Positions 1-10,685 are shown, numbered from the stretch's first letter. The stretch is DNA of 40,946 bases from Bacteroidota bacterium (GCA_051747065.1 JBNJFT010000001.1:15376-56321), one strand, 5' to 3'. Made by a program: numbers and translations. The notes: generated by a model from the sequence alone, not told the origin.

Positions 1-112
1 CTTCTTCTTCAAGCGGGGAGGCTTTGGCAATTCCGCAATCTGCAAAGCCAAGGCGCAAAGCTTCTGATTTTATGATTTGGCTGTATGTTGTTTCTTTATC
101 CAATAACATATA

Positions 113-330
113 AATTAGGTAGATTCAGAAGTAGAGGCAAATAATAAAATAACCAGCAATTAGCTAATGAGTAAGCAGTAAGCACTCTGCAGCAGGCAGT
201 GAACATGCTGCATGTAGTGGATAAACAAATTGTTCTCCATAATTTGCAGTAGAATAATCTAAAGTTTTGTGAGTTCTTTTCATATGTCGATGATTCAGCA
301 GCCTCGTTTTTTGATAATTTTGGTTAATTT
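113..330 (-). repeat. Modular intergenic repeat, copy A (X module plus a second head motif), reverse orientation
   Basis: 170-330 is the reverse complement of 40668-40828, equal in length (161 bp) and about 85 percent identical by eye. 113-134 is the reverse complement of the 40583-40604 head motif with 1 mismatch. Confidence 0.75.
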
Positions 331-404
331 CAATGCCGAAAATTATTACCCGGTCACGTAACACGCTAATAATTACAGCTTTAAGTTTCTATGAATGAAT
401 GCGC

Positions 405-725
405 CTAAATTAATCCCAGGTCCAGTTTGGCTTCTTCAGACATCATCTCCTTGTCCCATGGCGGATCGAATACGAGTTTAACGTCAACTTCGTTTACTTC
501 TTCTATTTCTTTAACCTTGTCATGAACTTCCTGCAGAATATCATCTGCAATCGGGCAGTTTGGAGCTGTGAGGGTCATTCGGACCTCTACGTTATTGTCA
601 TCATCTACATCAATGTTGTATATTAATCCCAAATCATAGACATTCACCGGAATTTCCGGGTCATATACTTCTTTGAGCGCCTTTACTATTTCGCCTTCAA
701 CAGCCAGAAAATCTTGTTCACTCAT
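405..725 (-). CDS. sufT: SUF system Fe-S cluster assembly protein, DUF59/SufT family
   Basis: The ORF track gives 405..794. I prefer the ATG at 725 (MSEQDFLAVEGEIV...) because the longer form overlaps the sufE 3' end. DUF59 motifs DPEIPVNVYDLGLIY and TLTAPNCP are present. It is the last gene of the suf operon. Confidence 0.85.
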   Translation of the reverse strand: MSEQDFLAVEGEIVKALKEVYDPEIPVNVYDLGLIYNIDVDDDNNVEVRMTLTAPNCPIADDILQEVHDKVKEIEEVNEVDVKLVFDPPWDKEMMSEEAKLDLGLI

Positions 726-774
726 AATTGTTGTTTTGTTTTTTAAATTGACAATCTGAACTATGAAAAGTTCA

Positions 775-1200
775 CTACTGGTTTTGTTTTGCATCGTAGG
801 CCATCGCGTAAGCCTTGATTTTATTAATCATGGCAACCAATCCGTTTGACCGTGTAGGCGAGAGGTTTTCTTTCAGCCCGATTTTATCAATGAAAAACAG
901 ATCAGCATCTTTAATTTCTTTGGGAGTTCTTCCTGAGAGAACTTCAATTAAAAGAGCAATAATGCCTTTTGTAATAATGGCATCACTGTCTGCGGAGAAT
1001 TTCAATGTACCATTATCCATCTCAGCATGTAACCATACTTTAGACTGGCACCCTTCAATCAGGTTGTCTTCTGTCTTTTGCTCCGGCGGCATTTCCGGTA
1101 AGTCTTTGCTTAATTCGATCAGGTAGTTATACTTATCCATCCAATCGTCAAACATCTGAAACTCTTCAATAATTTCTTGCTGCTTTTCTTCTAATGTCAT
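775..1200 (-). CDS. sufE: Cysteine desulfuration protein SufE
   Basis: 141 aa with the SufE-type motif EGCQSKVWL. It lies directly downstream of sufS. Confidence 0.9.
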   Translation of the reverse strand: MTLEEKQQEIIEEFQMFDDWMDKYNYLIELSKDLPEMPPEQKTEDNLIEGCQSKVWLHAEMDNGTLKFSADSDAIITKGIIALLIEVLSGRTPKEIKDADLFFIDKIGLKENLSPTRSNGLVAMINKIKAYAMAYDAKQNQ

Positions 1201-1217
1201 GTTCTTATTGTTTTGAA

Positions 1218-2450
1218 TTAACCAAACATTTGTTTTACTTTCATCAATCCGTCATAAAGTGCATCAACCTCTTCTTTTTTGTTATAGATAGCAAAAGTAG
1301 CCCGCACCGTTCCATCGACATTAAAATGTTTAACTAAAGGTTCTGTACAATGATGCCCGGTTCGAACGGCGATGCCCAGCTTGTCAAGAACCATTCCGGT
1401 ATCATAATGATGAATGTTGTCAAGTAAAAACGATATTACGCTGATTTTATCTTTCGATTCACCATAGATTTTAAAGCCGTCTATGGATGTTAATTTTTCC
1501 GTTGCATACTCAAGCAAAACGTGCTCATGTGCAAGAATAGCATTAAAACCGATGTTTTCCATGTATTTCAGAGCCTCTGCTGTTCCTATTGCTCCGACAT
1601 AGTTGGGCGTTCCTGCTTCAAATTTGAAAGGAAGTTCGTTGAAAGTAGTTTTTTCAAACGATACATTTTGGATCATTTCTCCTCCGGTTTGATAAGGCGG
1701 AATGTCTTCAAGCCATTTTTCTTTTCCGTAGAGAACGCCTGTACCATTAGGACCATAAATTTTGTGCCCCGAAAACACATAAAAATCACAATCCAGCGCC
1801 TGCACATCTACATTTTCATGTTGAATGCTTTGTGCGCCATCAATAAGTACCGGAATATTTTTTTCATGAGCCAGTTTTATGATTGTGTTAACGTCATTGA
1901 TTGTCCCCAACGTATTGGAAACATGAGTTATAGCAACTATTTTGGTTTTTTCGGAAAGCAGTTGTTTGTAAGTATCCAGTATCAGCTCTCCTTTATCATT
2001 TATTGGAATTACTTTCAGCTTTGCATTTTTCCTTTCACAAAGCATTTGCCACGGCACAATATTGGCATGGTGCTCCATCTCTGAAATTACCACCTCATCC
2101 CCTTCGTTTACATATTTCTCCCCAAAAGAAAAGGCTATTGTGTTGATGGAGTGAGTTGTACCGCTAGTAAAAATGATCTCGTGTTTGTGTTTAGCATTGA
2201 TGAATTTCTGAACAACTTCCCTGCTTGTTTCATACTCTTCCGTGAGCTGATTGCTGAGGTAATGCACACCTCTGTGAATGTTGCTGTTTTTAATACTGTA
2301 AATTTCATTCACTTTATCAATTACCTGCCTTGGCTTTTGCGTTGTTGCAGCATTGTCCAGGTAAACAAGCGGTTTGTCGTGAACTTTTTGATGAAGTATT
2401 GGAAAATCTTTCCTTATCTTTTCTATATCGTAATCTTTTTCCTGAGCCAT
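1218..2450 (-). CDS. sufS: Cysteine desulfurase SufS (class V aminotransferase)
   Basis: PLP-lysine motif FSGHKIYGP and active-site RTGHHCTEP. The ORF track start at 2492 is a TTG extension; the ATG at 2450 (MAQEKDYD...) is preferred. Confidence 0.92.
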   Translation of the reverse strand: MAQEKDYDIEKIRKDFPILHQKVHDKPLVYLDNAATTQKPRQVIDKVNEIYSIKNSNIHRGVHYLSNQLTEEYETSREVVQKFINAKHKHEIIFTSGTTHSINTIAFSFGEKYVNEGDEVVISEMEHHANIVPWQMLCERKNAKLKVIPINDKGELILDTYKQLLSEKTKIVAITHVSNTLGTINDVNTIIKLAHEKNIPVLIDGAQSIQHENVDVQALDCDFYVFSGHKIYGPNGTGVLYGKEKWLEDIPPYQTGGEMIQNVSFEKTTFNELPFKFEAGTPNYVGAIGTAEALKYMENIGFNAILAHEHVLLEYATEKLTSIDGFKIYGESKDKISVISFLLDNIHHYDTGMVLDKLGIAVRTGHHCTEPLVKHFNVDGTVRATFAIYNKKEEVDALYDGLMKVKQMFG

Positions 2451-2563
2451 ATTCTGCCTTATTAAATTATTGTTCTTTTTATAAAGTAACAATTGAAATT
2501 TTGGAAGCTATCCTGCAGAAAACGAATTTAATATAAATCCTCTGTAATAGCAATTATCTCCTT

Positions 2564-3931
2564 CTATCCGCAATGCATTTCGCAATAGTTACAGCGGGAG
2601 AGTTCTCCTCTTAGCCGTTTGTCTACAAGTTCATGAATTCTGTCCTGCAGAGGCTTAACTTTAATTTTTTCAATCACTTCGTGGGCAAAAGCATACATTA
2701 ATAAAAGCCTTGCCTCCTTAAAATGAATGCCCCTTGAACGGAGATAAAACAACCCGTCTTCATCTAACTGCCCTACTGTCGCCCCGTGGCTACATTTTAC
2801 ATCATCTGCATAAATTTCCAGTTGGGGTTTGGTGTTCATGGTTGCATCGTCCGTAAGAAGGATGTTGTTGTTCGATTGATATGCTTCTGTTTTTTGGGCA
2901 TCCTGACGGACGAGAATTCTTCCGTTAAATGCTCCCGTAGCAAAATCATCCAAAACTCCCTTGAAAAGCTGATTGCTTCGGCAATTTGGTTTTGCATGAT
3001 CCATGTGAACATAACTGTCAATATGCTGGCCTCTGTCCGTGAGATAAAGCCCTACTGTATCATTGTTACAGCCTTCTCCGTTGAGCAGAACGTTGTAATC
3101 ATTACGTATCAAACCACCATGCAAAGAGAGCGTATTTGTAGTTACGTTGCTGTCTTTTTCTTGTTGAACATAGAGGTGAGAGAGCTGCGTTGAGCCATTG
3201 TGCTCATTTTGAATTCGTGCAATATCAAAACGGGCGCTCTTGTCGACAAAAACTTCTGTAACAGAATTTGTGAGGAAGTTTTTTTGAGAAAGCGTGTGGT
3301 CGCAGATAACCATCCGTGCTTCACTGTTCTCTTCCATAACAAAGAGATTCCGGTGTTGAGCCATTCCATCCTCTTCGTCCATGAGGAGGTTAATGATTTG
3401 GACAGGAACTTCCAGTGTTACATTTTTGGGGACGTAAAAGAATATGCCATCCTGAACAAAAGCTGTATTTAATGCAGTAAAACTATCTTCTTCAGATTTG
3501 GTGTACTTATTGTAATGTTTCTGAACAAGTTCGGGATATTTGCTTGCAGCTTCACGTATGCTGCCAACAATAGCTCCACCCGGCAGTTCATACAAGGATT
3601 TGTTGGAGCTTGAATACCAGCCGTTTAGCAACAAAATCACCTGGGTATCCAACTCAGGAACGTCACATTTAAAAATATTGTCGATGTCAAAATTGATTGT
3701 CTTGGGTTGGAAATAGTGCCTGTATTCTTTATTGAACACACCTGTCAAATCAGTGTATTTGTAACGTTCGTTTTTTTTGGTAGGTATGCCCAGTTTTCTG
3801 AAGTTTTCCAGGGCTCTCTCCCTGTGTTCATTTATAAAATCAGGCAACCCTTCATTTAAGGTTGAAATGTTGTTATGGAACAGATCGATAAACTGTTCTT
3901 TTATATCTGGTGATTTAGTGTCAGTACTCAT
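2564..3931 (-). CDS. sufD: Fe-S cluster assembly protein SufD
   Basis: 455 aa lying between sufC and sufS. The C-terminal half is SufB/SufD beta-helix-like (QLEIYADDVKCSHGATVGQLDEDGLFYLRSRGI). Confidence 0.9.
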   Translation of the reverse strand: MSTDTKSPDIKEQFIDLFHNNISTLNEGLPDFINEHRERALENFRKLGIPTKKNERYKYTDLTGVFNKEYRHYFQPKTINFDIDNIFKCDVPELDTQVILLLNGWYSSSNKSLYELPGGAIVGSIREAASKYPELVQKHYNKYTKSEEDSFTALNTAFVQDGIFFYVPKNVTLEVPVQIINLLMDEEDGMAQHRNLFVMEENSEARMVICDHTLSQKNFLTNSVTEVFVDKSARFDIARIQNEHNGSTQLSHLYVQQEKDSNVTTNTLSLHGGLIRNDYNVLLNGEGCNNDTVGLYLTDRGQHIDSYVHMDHAKPNCRSNQLFKGVLDDFATGAFNGRILVRQDAQKTEAYQSNNNILLTDDATMNTKPQLEIYADDVKCSHGATVGQLDEDGLFYLRSRGIHFKEARLLLMYAFAHEVIEKIKVKPLQDRIHELVDKRLRGELSRCNYCEMHCG

Positions 3932-3954
3932 AGTTTTGTTTTTAGTTTTCTGAA

Positions 3955-4707
3955 CTACATTTCAGCTTCCTTTTTAAGCCAGTCGTAACCTTTTTCTTCC
4001 AGTTCAACAGCCAGCCCTTTATCTCCTGATTTCACGATTTGCCCGTCGTACAATACATGAACATGGTCTGGCACTATGTAATTCAGCAGTCTTTGATAGT
4101 GTGTAATAACAATTGTAGCATTATCATCGGATTTTAGTTTATTCACCCCATTGGCTACAATTCTGAGTGCATCAATGTCAAGCCCGGAGTCGGTTTCATC
4201 CAGGATTGACAATTCAGGGTTGAGCATAGCCATCTGAAAGATTTCGTTTCTCTTTTTTTCTCCTCCGGAAAAACCCTGATTTACAGACCGGTTTGTTAAA
4301 TTAGAATCAATTTCTACAATTTCTTTCTTTTCTCGCACCATCTTCAGGAAATCCGATGACTTCATAGGCTCAAGGCCTCTATGTTTGCGTTGTTCATTAA
4401 CAGCAGTTTTTAGAAAGTTCATCATGCTTACTCCCGGAATTTCTATAGGATACTGAAACCCGAGAAAAATTCCTTCTCTCGCTCTTTCTTCCGGAGCCAT
4501 CTTTAAAAGGTCTTTTCCATGATATTCCACTTCGCCTTCAGTTACATTGAATAATTCTCTTCCCGCCAAAATGGAAGCCAATGTGCTTTTTCCTGAACCA
4601 TTCGGCCCCATGATTGCATGTATCTCTCCCGCTTTTACTTCCAGATCGATTCCTTTTAGAATTTCTTTTCCTTCTATTGAAGCATGTAAGTTCTTTATTT
4701 TAAGCAT
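3955..4707 (-). CDS. sufC: Fe-S cluster assembly ATPase SufC
   Basis: Walker A GPNGSGKST, ABC signature FSGGEKKR and Walker B LSILDETDSGLD. Confidence 0.95.
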   Translation of the reverse strand: MLKIKNLHASIEGKEILKGIDLEVKAGEIHAIMGPNGSGKSTLASILAGRELFNVTEGEVEYHGKDLLKMAPEERAREGIFLGFQYPIEIPGVSMMNFLKTAVNEQRKHRGLEPMKSSDFLKMVREKKEIVEIDSNLTNRSVNQGFSGGEKKRNEIFQMAMLNPELSILDETDSGLDIDALRIVANGVNKLKSDDNATIVITHYQRLLNYIVPDHVHVLYDGQIVKSGDKGLAVELEEKGYDWLKKEAEM

Positions 4708-4744
4708 ATAATTTGTTTTATTTTGTTAAGTTGAATGATGATTT

Positions 4745-6196
4745 TTATCCTACACTTCCCTCCAGGCTTATTTGCAGAAGTTTTTGAGCTTCTACCGCAA
4801 ATTCCATAGGTAATTTGTTAAGAATTTCTTTCGCGTAGCCATTCACAATTAAGCCAATAGCATCTTCAGTTTCAATACCACGCTGGTTGCAATAGAATAT
4901 TTGGTCTTCACCAATTTTTGATGTAGTAGCCTCATGTTCAACAATAGAACTTCTGTTATCCGTTTCTATGTATGGAAATGTATGTGCGCCGCATCTATCG
5001 CCCAGCAACATAGAGTCGCATTGCGAGAAATTACGTGCGTTTTCTGCATTTTTAGTGATTTTTACCAGGCCACGGTAGCTATTGTTGCTTTGTCCGGCAG
5101 ATATACCTTTGGAAACTACTGTGCTTTTGGTATTTTTTCCGACATGTATCATTTTTGTGCCCGTATCGGCTTGCTGGTGATTGTTTGTCACCGCCACTGA
5201 GTAAAATTCGCCAACAGAATTGTCCCCCAAAAGTATACAGCTTGGGTATTTCCATGTAATTGCTGACCCGGTTTCAACCTGTGTCCATGAAATTTTGGAA
5301 TTGTCTCCTTCGGCTTTTCCACGTTTCGTTACAAAGTTATAAATTCCGCCTTTCCCTTCTTTGCTTCCCGGATACCAGTTTTGAACGGTGGAATATTTTA
5401 CATGCGCGTTTTTCTTAGCTACAATCTCAACAATTGCTGCGTGAAGCTGGTTTTCGCTTCTCTGGGGCGCCGTGCATCCTTCCAGGTAGCTTACATAGCT
5501 ATCGTCTTCAGCAATAATAAGAGTCCGCTCAAATTGCCCCGTGTTTGCTGCATTGATCCTGAAATATGTGGACAATTCCATCGGTGCCTTCACTCCTTTT
5601 GGAATATAACAGAATGAACCATCGCTAAATACAGCAGAGTTTAAAGCTGCAAAATAATTGTCAGTGGGCGGTACAACTGAACCCATATATTTTCTCACCA
5701 AATCGGGATGTTCCTGAACTGCTTCGCTGAAGGAACAGAAAATAATTCCCAATTCCGCCAGTTTTTCTTTGAATGTAGTTTTCACTGACGAACTGTCCAT
5801 CACAGCATCAACTGCAACGCCTGCCAGTTTTTTCTGCTCGTCCAGAGGAATCCCTAATTTGTCAAAAGTGTTCTTTAACTCCGGGTCAACCTCATCTATG
5901 CTACCAGGAGCTGAAGCCTTTTGTTTCGGAGCAGAGTAATATATGATATCCTGGTAATTGATTTCAGGAACAGTTAAATGTGCCCACTCAGGCATTTTCA
6001 TAGTTTTCCAGTACCTATATGCTTCCAATCTGAAATTCAACATAAACTCAGGCTCATTCTTCTTTTTGGATATCATCTTAATAATATCTTCGTTCAGCCC
6101 TTTCGGCAGGCTATCACTTTCTATATCTGTTGACCAGCCGTACTTATACTCTCCCTGAGCCAGATTGTTTAATATTTTATCTTCATTTTTTCCCAT
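4745..6196 (-). CDS. sufB: Fe-S cluster assembly scaffold protein SufB
   Basis: Strong SufB-like sequence throughout. The ORF track start at 6265 is a TTG extension through a hydrophobic junk N-terminus. The ATG at 6196 (MGKNEDKIL...) sits 6 nt downstream of a TACTTTTG -7 box. Confidence 0.93.
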   Translation of the reverse strand: MGKNEDKILNNLAQGEYKYGWSTDIESDSLPKGLNEDIIKMISKKKNEPEFMLNFRLEAYRYWKTMKMPEWAHLTVPEINYQDIIYYSAPKQKASAPGSIDEVDPELKNTFDKLGIPLDEQKKLAGVAVDAVMDSSSVKTTFKEKLAELGIIFCSFSEAVQEHPDLVRKYMGSVVPPTDNYFAALNSAVFSDGSFCYIPKGVKAPMELSTYFRINAANTGQFERTLIIAEDDSYVSYLEGCTAPQRSENQLHAAIVEIVAKKNAHVKYSTVQNWYPGSKEGKGGIYNFVTKRGKAEGDNSKISWTQVETGSAITWKYPSCILLGDNSVGEFYSVAVTNNHQQADTGTKMIHVGKNTKSTVVSKGISAGQSNNSYRGLVKITKNAENARNFSQCDSMLLGDRCGAHTFPYIETDNRSSIVEHEATTSKIGEDQIFYCNQRGIETEDAIGLIVNGYAKEILNKLPMEFAVEAQKLLQISLEGSVG

Positions 6197-6202
6197 AATT
6201 TG

Positions 6203-6210
6203 CAAAAGTA
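6203..6210 (-). promoter_or_regulatory. Bacteroidota -7 box (TACTTTTG on - strand) for the suf operon
   Basis: The reverse complement of 6203-6210 is TACTTTTG, matching TAnnTTTG. It lies immediately upstream of the preferred sufB ATG. Confidence 0.45.
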
Positions 6211-6324
6211 ATATTATTTTTATTCGATAACGGGTTTTATATAGATTAATTCTAAATTGGTACAAAGATATTACTTTAACAATAATTTTTACATGATTGT
6301 TTATACGTTCGTGTAATTTAAAAT

Positions 6325-7398
6325 ATGATAAATGTTATGGAAAACGAAGATAATAAAAACATACAGATATCAGACCTTGGCGAATTCGGCCTAATCGATC
6401 ATTTGACAAAAAATATCAAACTTAACCATGAGAGCACAGTTAAAGGAATTGGTGATGATGCCGCTGTTCTGGATTACGGCAGCAAAAAAACTGTTGTGAC
6501 AAGCGATTTACTTTTGGAAGGGATACATTTTGACCTGATGTACAGCCCTTTAAAACACCTGGGCTACAAAGCCGTTGTTGTTAATATTTCCGATATTTTA
6601 GCCATGAATTGTATCCCAGGCCAGATTATTGTTTCTGTCGGTTTTTCCGGCAAATTTAGCCTTGAACATATTGACGAATTATATAACGGAATAAAGCTTG
6701 CGTGTGATAAGTACAACATTGATTTTGTCGGTGGTGATACAACCTCATCCTTAACCGGAATGACAATAAGTGTGACAGCTATCGGGCAGGGAGAAGAAGG
6801 GAAGATCGTTTACCGGAATGGAGCCAATAAAAACGATATCATCTGTGTGACCGGGGACCTGGGCGCTGCGTATATGGGGCTACAACTTCTTGAACGCGAG
6901 AAAGAAGTATTTAAGTCAAAACCCGGTTCACAACCAAATCTTTCCGGGTACGACTATATCCTGGAAAGGCAACTTAAACCTGAAGCGCGCCTTGATGTAG
7001 TTCGTTTTTTACATGAAAAGAACATCGTGCCTTCTGCTATGTTGGATGTTTCCGATGGCCTTGCCTCCGAACTTCTGCATATTTCACATAATTCTGAACT
7101 GGGATGTAAATTGTTCCAGAAAAAAATCCCGATAGAGGAAAACACCTCAAAGATGGCTGAGGAATTTGATATGGAGCCAACACAAGCTGCCTTGAATGGA
7201 GGAGATGATTACGAATTGCTTTTCACAGTTTCCACCGATGATTACGAAAAGATTAAGAATGAAGAGAAAATAAGTTTTATCGGCCACATGGCAGATGAAG
7301 AAGATGGCTGCTACATGGTATCCACCAGTGAACATTTGATAAGGCTACAAGCACAAGGTTGGCAGGGTTTGGAAAAAGGCCGGGGTGAACAAAGGTAA
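6325..7398 (+). CDS. thiL: Thiamine-monophosphate kinase
   Basis: AIR-synthase-like fold motifs ([28 protein letters not shown]). 357 aa. Confidence 0.9.
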   Translation: MINVMENEDNKNIQISDLGEFGLIDHLTKNIKLNHESTVKGIGDDAAVLDYGSKKTVVTSDLLLEGIHFDLMYSPLKHLGYKAVVVNISDILAMNCIPGQIIVSVGFSGKFSLEHIDELYNGIKLACDKYNIDFVGGDTTSSLTGMTISVTAIGQGEEGKIVYRNGANKNDIICVTGDLGAAYMGLQLLEREKEVFKSKPGSQPNLSGYDYILERQLKPEARLDVVRFLHEKNIVPSAMLDVSDGLASELLHISHNSELGCKLFQKKIPIEENTSKMAEEFDMEPTQAALNGGDDYELLFTVSTDDYEKIKNEEKISFIGHMADEEDGCYMVSTSEHLIRLQAQGWQGLEKGRGEQR

Positions 7399-7399
7399 A

Positions 7400-8188
7400 C
7401 TATTCGTTCTTTCTGTTGCCTTTTATAATTCCTCTGGATGCATTTTTAAGAAAAAGAATAATTTCGTCTCTTTCTTTGGTCTTGGGCATGGTTGCTTCTA
7501 TATTCTCAATTGCTGTAGAATAATTGTTGCCTTTCAAAAATATTTCACGATAGATATCTGAAATTTCATTGATTTTTTCGTTGTTAAAGTTTCTCCGCCG
7601 TAAACCAATAGAGTTTACGCCGGCAAAAGCGAGCGGTTCATGAGCAGCTTTTATGAAAGGAGGGACATCTTTTCGCACCAAAGAGCCGCCTGAGATCATT
7701 ACATGCCCACCGATGTGGACAAACTGGTGGACGGCTACCAGGCCGCTGAGTATTGCAAAGTCGTCGATGATAACTTCACCAGCGAGTTGGCTTGCATTAC
7801 CTATAATCACATTATCTTTAAGAATACAATCATGAGCCACGTGTACATAAGCCATCAACAAACAATTATTTCCAAGTATCGTTTTGCCTTTTGAAGCGGT
7901 TCCTCTGTTTACTGTTACACATTCTCTTATTACAGTATTATCGCCAATTTCAGTAGTCGATCTTTCTCCTTTGAATTTTAAATCCTGCGGCACGCCAGAT
8001 ACGACAGCACCCGGGTATATTTTGCAATTTTTACCGATTCGGGCTCCTTCCATTATCGTTGCATTTGGGCCAATCCAGGTTCCTTCTCCAATGGTTACAT
8101 CCTTTGAAATGGAAACGAAAGGTTCAATTGTAACGTTTTCAGCGATTTCAGCTTCCGGATGTATGTATGATAAAGATGCTTTATTCAT
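7400..8188 (-). CDS. lpxA: Acyl-ACP--UDP-N-acetylglucosamine O-acyltransferase
   Basis: Left-handed beta-helix hexapeptide repeats, 262 aa. It follows lpxC-fabZ with a 1-nt TAATG stop/start overlap. Confidence 0.92.
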   Translation of the reverse strand: MNKASLSYIHPEAEIAENVTIEPFVSISKDVTIGEGTWIGPNATIMEGARIGKNCKIYPGAVVSGVPQDLKFKGERSTTEIGDNTVIRECVTVNRGTASKGKTILGNNCLLMAYVHVAHDCILKDNVIIGNASQLAGEVIIDDFAILSGLVAVHQFVHIGGHVMISGGSLVRKDVPPFIKAAHEPLAFAGVNSIGLRRRNFNNEKINEISDIYREIFLKGNNYSTAIENIEATMPKTKERDEIILFLKNASRGIIKGNRKNE

Positions 8189-9585
8189 TACTCTTTTGTT
8201 TTGGTTATTTGTGCGGTAAAATCTCCCTCCATGACAAGTGATTCTCCAATAAATGCCTGGCCATGCATATTCACTATACCGCGCCTTATAGGGACTGTAA
8301 GGTTTAGTTTAAAGAACAATGTGTCTCCGGGAACCACTTTCCTTTTGAATCTTACTTTATCAATTTTCAGAAAGTAAGTGCTATAATTTTCAGGGTCAGG
8401 AACAGAATTCAGGGCTAAAATACCGCCAGCCTGAGCCAATGCTTCTACTTGTAAAACGCCAGGCATAATTGGTTCATCAGGGAAGTGCCCGACAAAAAAG
8501 CCCTCGTTCATGGTAACATTTTTTAAACCAATGATTGAACTCTGGTCCATCTCCAGCACTCTGTCTACCAGTAGGAATGGAGGGCGATGAGGCAAATACT
8601 TTTTTATTTGATTTATATCCAGTAACGGCTCTTGGGTAAGGTCGATCTTTGGAATATGGTCTTTTGAAGCTTCTTTTTTGATTTCTTTTTGAATAGTCCT
8701 GGCAAGTTGTGTATTAGCATGATGCCCCGGCTTTTTTGCAACAATCTTGCCTTTTATTGGTTGCCCTATTAGAGCCAAATCGCCCATCATGTCAAGTAAT
8801 TTATGACGCGCTGGTTCATTGTTGTAATGCAGGTCTATATTATTTAGCACGCCCTCCGGTTTAACTTTTACATGAGGCTGATTGAAGAGGTCTGCAATCC
8901 TGTCCAGCTCTTCTTGTGGCACAGAGTTTTCCATGATAACAATGGCGTTCTCAAGATCTCCGCCTTTTATGAGGTTATTCTTTAAAAGAAACTCCAATTC
9001 ATGGAAAAATACAAAAGTCCTCGAAGCGGCAACTTCTTTTTGAAAATCAGTTTTTTCAGTCAGCGTTGCATATTGATGCCCTAAAACCTTTGAATTATAG
9101 TCAATCAAAACATTTATTGAAAACTCCGGGTCTGGATAAACACCAATTTCGATTCCATTCTCTTCATCTTTATATTCAATTTTCTCCTTTATTTCATAAT
9201 ATTTCCTATCCTCGTCCTGTTCTTCTATGCCCGCTTCTTGCAAAGCTTCAACAAATCTTCTGGAACTTCCGTCCATAATTGGGGTTTCCGGGCCGTTGAG
9301 TTCAATAAGGGCATTATCAATCATCAATCCCTTTAAAGCAGCCATAACATGTTCAATCGTATGAATGCGAATGCCATTTTCTTCAATGGTAGTTCCGCGG
9401 GAAGTGTCTACTACATTTGACACATCAGCCTTAACAATTGGGGATTCTTTATGGTCAATACGTTTGAATTTGTATCCGTGATTTGGTGGAGCAGGATTAA
9501 ATATAATTTCAACTTCATAGCCGGTATGTAAACCCTGGCCGCTTAATTTTACAGGTTGAGATAAGGTAGTTTGTTTATCTTCCAT
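8188..9585 (-). CDS. lpxC/fabZ: Bifunctional UDP-3-O-acyl-GlcNAc deacetylase / 3-hydroxyacyl-ACP dehydratase (LpxC-FabZ fusion)
   Basis: The N-terminus is LpxC-like (GLHTG, HTIEHVMAAL, PGHHANT). The C-terminus is FabZ-like (FFVGHFPDEPIMPGVLQVEALAQ). This fusion is typical of Bacteroidota. Confidence 0.93.
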   Translation of the reverse strand: MEDKQTTLSQPVKLSGQGLHTGYEVEIIFNPAPPNHGYKFKRIDHKESPIVKADVSNVVDTSRGTTIEENGIRIHTIEHVMAALKGLMIDNALIELNGPETPIMDGSSRRFVEALQEAGIEEQDEDRKYYEIKEKIEYKDEENGIEIGVYPDPEFSINVLIDYNSKVLGHQYATLTEKTDFQKEVAASRTFVFFHELEFLLKNNLIKGGDLENAIVIMENSVPQEELDRIADLFNQPHVKVKPEGVLNNIDLHYNNEPARHKLLDMMGDLALIGQPIKGKIVAKKPGHHANTQLARTIQKEIKKEASKDHIPKIDLTQEPLLDINQIKKYLPHRPPFLLVDRVLEMDQSSIIGLKNVTMNEGFFVGHFPDEPIMPGVLQVEALAQAGGILALNSVPDPENYSTYFLKIDKVRFKRKVVPGDTLFFKLNLTVPIRRGIVNMHGQAFIGESLVMEGDFTAQITKTKE

Positions 9586-9606
9586 AGTCCAGTCGATTAA
9601 ATGAAT

Positions 9607-10641
9607 TTAATCTTTCTTTAAATTTTTTATTTCTTTCTCTAATTCTGTAATTTGCTTATAAAGATCGGGCAATTTTCGGAAAAGGACATAAGATTTCTGG
9701 TATTTTCCAAAGTCGAAGGCAGGTGCTCCCTGCACCACAGTTCCTTCTTTAACATTGGATGATATTCCGGATTGGGCAGCTATTTTAGCGCCATCACCAA
9801 TTTTTAGATGCCCTACGATCCCTACCTGCCCGCCTATCATACAGTCTCTGCCAATTTTGGCGGAGCCTGCAATGCCTGTTTGAGCTGCTATAACTGTGTT
9901 TTCGCCTATTTCAACATTATGAGCAATTTGAATTAAATTGTCCAGTTTAACTCCTTTCCGAATGATCGTAGAACCTATCGTAGATCTATCCAGACAAGTA
10001 TTGGAGCCAATTTCGACATTATCTTCTATGATTACGTTACCCACTTGGGGTATTTTCTGATAGTTGTTGTCTGACTGTGGCGCGAAACCAAATCCATCAC
10101 TTCCGACAATTACACCTGCGTGAATAGTGCAATTCTTGCCTATTTCACAATCATGGTAAATTTTCACATCGGGGTAGATAACCGTGTTATCCTTTATTAT
10201 AACACCATCCCCAATATATGTATGGGGCAATATCTTCACGTTTTTTCCTATTTTGGCTTTCTCTCCGATGTAAACAAAATCTCCAATATATGCACCTTCG
10301 CCTATTTCGGCGTTTTCTTTAATTGAAGCTGATTCACTGATGCCTTCTTCATTGATATTGCTCTTGTCCTCCATTGTAAGCAGCTTGGCAAATGCATGAT
10401 AAGCATTGTCTACTTTTATCAGGGTGGTATTGACTTCCGAATTTATTGTAAAATCCTTATTCACTAAAACTGCAGAGGCTTCGGTGTCGTAAATGTATTT
10501 TGTATATTTAGGATTTGCAATAAAAGAGATTGTTCCTTTTCTTCCTTCTTCAATTTTTGAAAAACCTTTAATTATCACATTCGGGTCCCCTTCTACTTCA
10601 CCTTTTAGAAGGTCTGTAATTTCCTGTGCCGTGTATTCCAT
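9607..10641 (-). CDS. lpxD: UDP-3-O-acylglucosamine N-acyltransferase
   Basis: 344 aa with hexapeptide repeats and an LpxD-type N-terminal domain, in the lpx cluster. Confidence 0.92.
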   Translation of the reverse strand: MEYTAQEITDLLKGEVEGDPNVIIKGFSKIEEGRKGTISFIANPKYTKYIYDTEASAVLVNKDFTINSEVNTTLIKVDNAYHAFAKLLTMEDKSNINEEGISESASIKENAEIGEGAYIGDFVYIGEKAKIGKNVKILPHTYIGDGVIIKDNTVIYPDVKIYHDCEIGKNCTIHAGVIVGSDGFGFAPQSDNNYQKIPQVGNVIIEDNVEIGSNTCLDRSTIGSTIIRKGVKLDNLIQIAHNVEIGENTVIAAQTGIAGSAKIGRDCMIGGQVGIVGHLKIGDGAKIAAQSGISSNVKEGTVVQGAPAFDFGKYQKSYVLFRKLPDLYKQITELEKEIKNLKKD

Positions 10642-10663
10642 AGATTTTTCAATTAAATTTTTG

Positions 10664-10671
10664 CAAAAATA
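10664..10671 (-). promoter_or_regulatory. Candidate -7 box (TATTTTTG on - strand) upstream of lpxD
   Basis: The reverse complement matches TAnnTTTG, 22 nt upstream of the lpxD ATG. Confidence 0.35.
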
Positions 10672-10685
10672 ATGATATTTTAGAA

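Noticed and set aside
164-364. A 66-aa ORF on the - strand lies inside repeat copy A (GTG start).
   Set aside because: The corresponding frame in copy D is interrupted by TAA upstream and has no start codon. All three frames are open in this segment because of its heptamer-like composition. I treat it as non-coding; the alternative micro-ORF frame is listed as a low-confidence finding.
7396-7402. The thiL and lpxA stop codons converge with a single intervening base, leaving no room for terminators.
   Set aside because: This is real, but it is a common compact-genome arrangement and I saw no further signal worth following.
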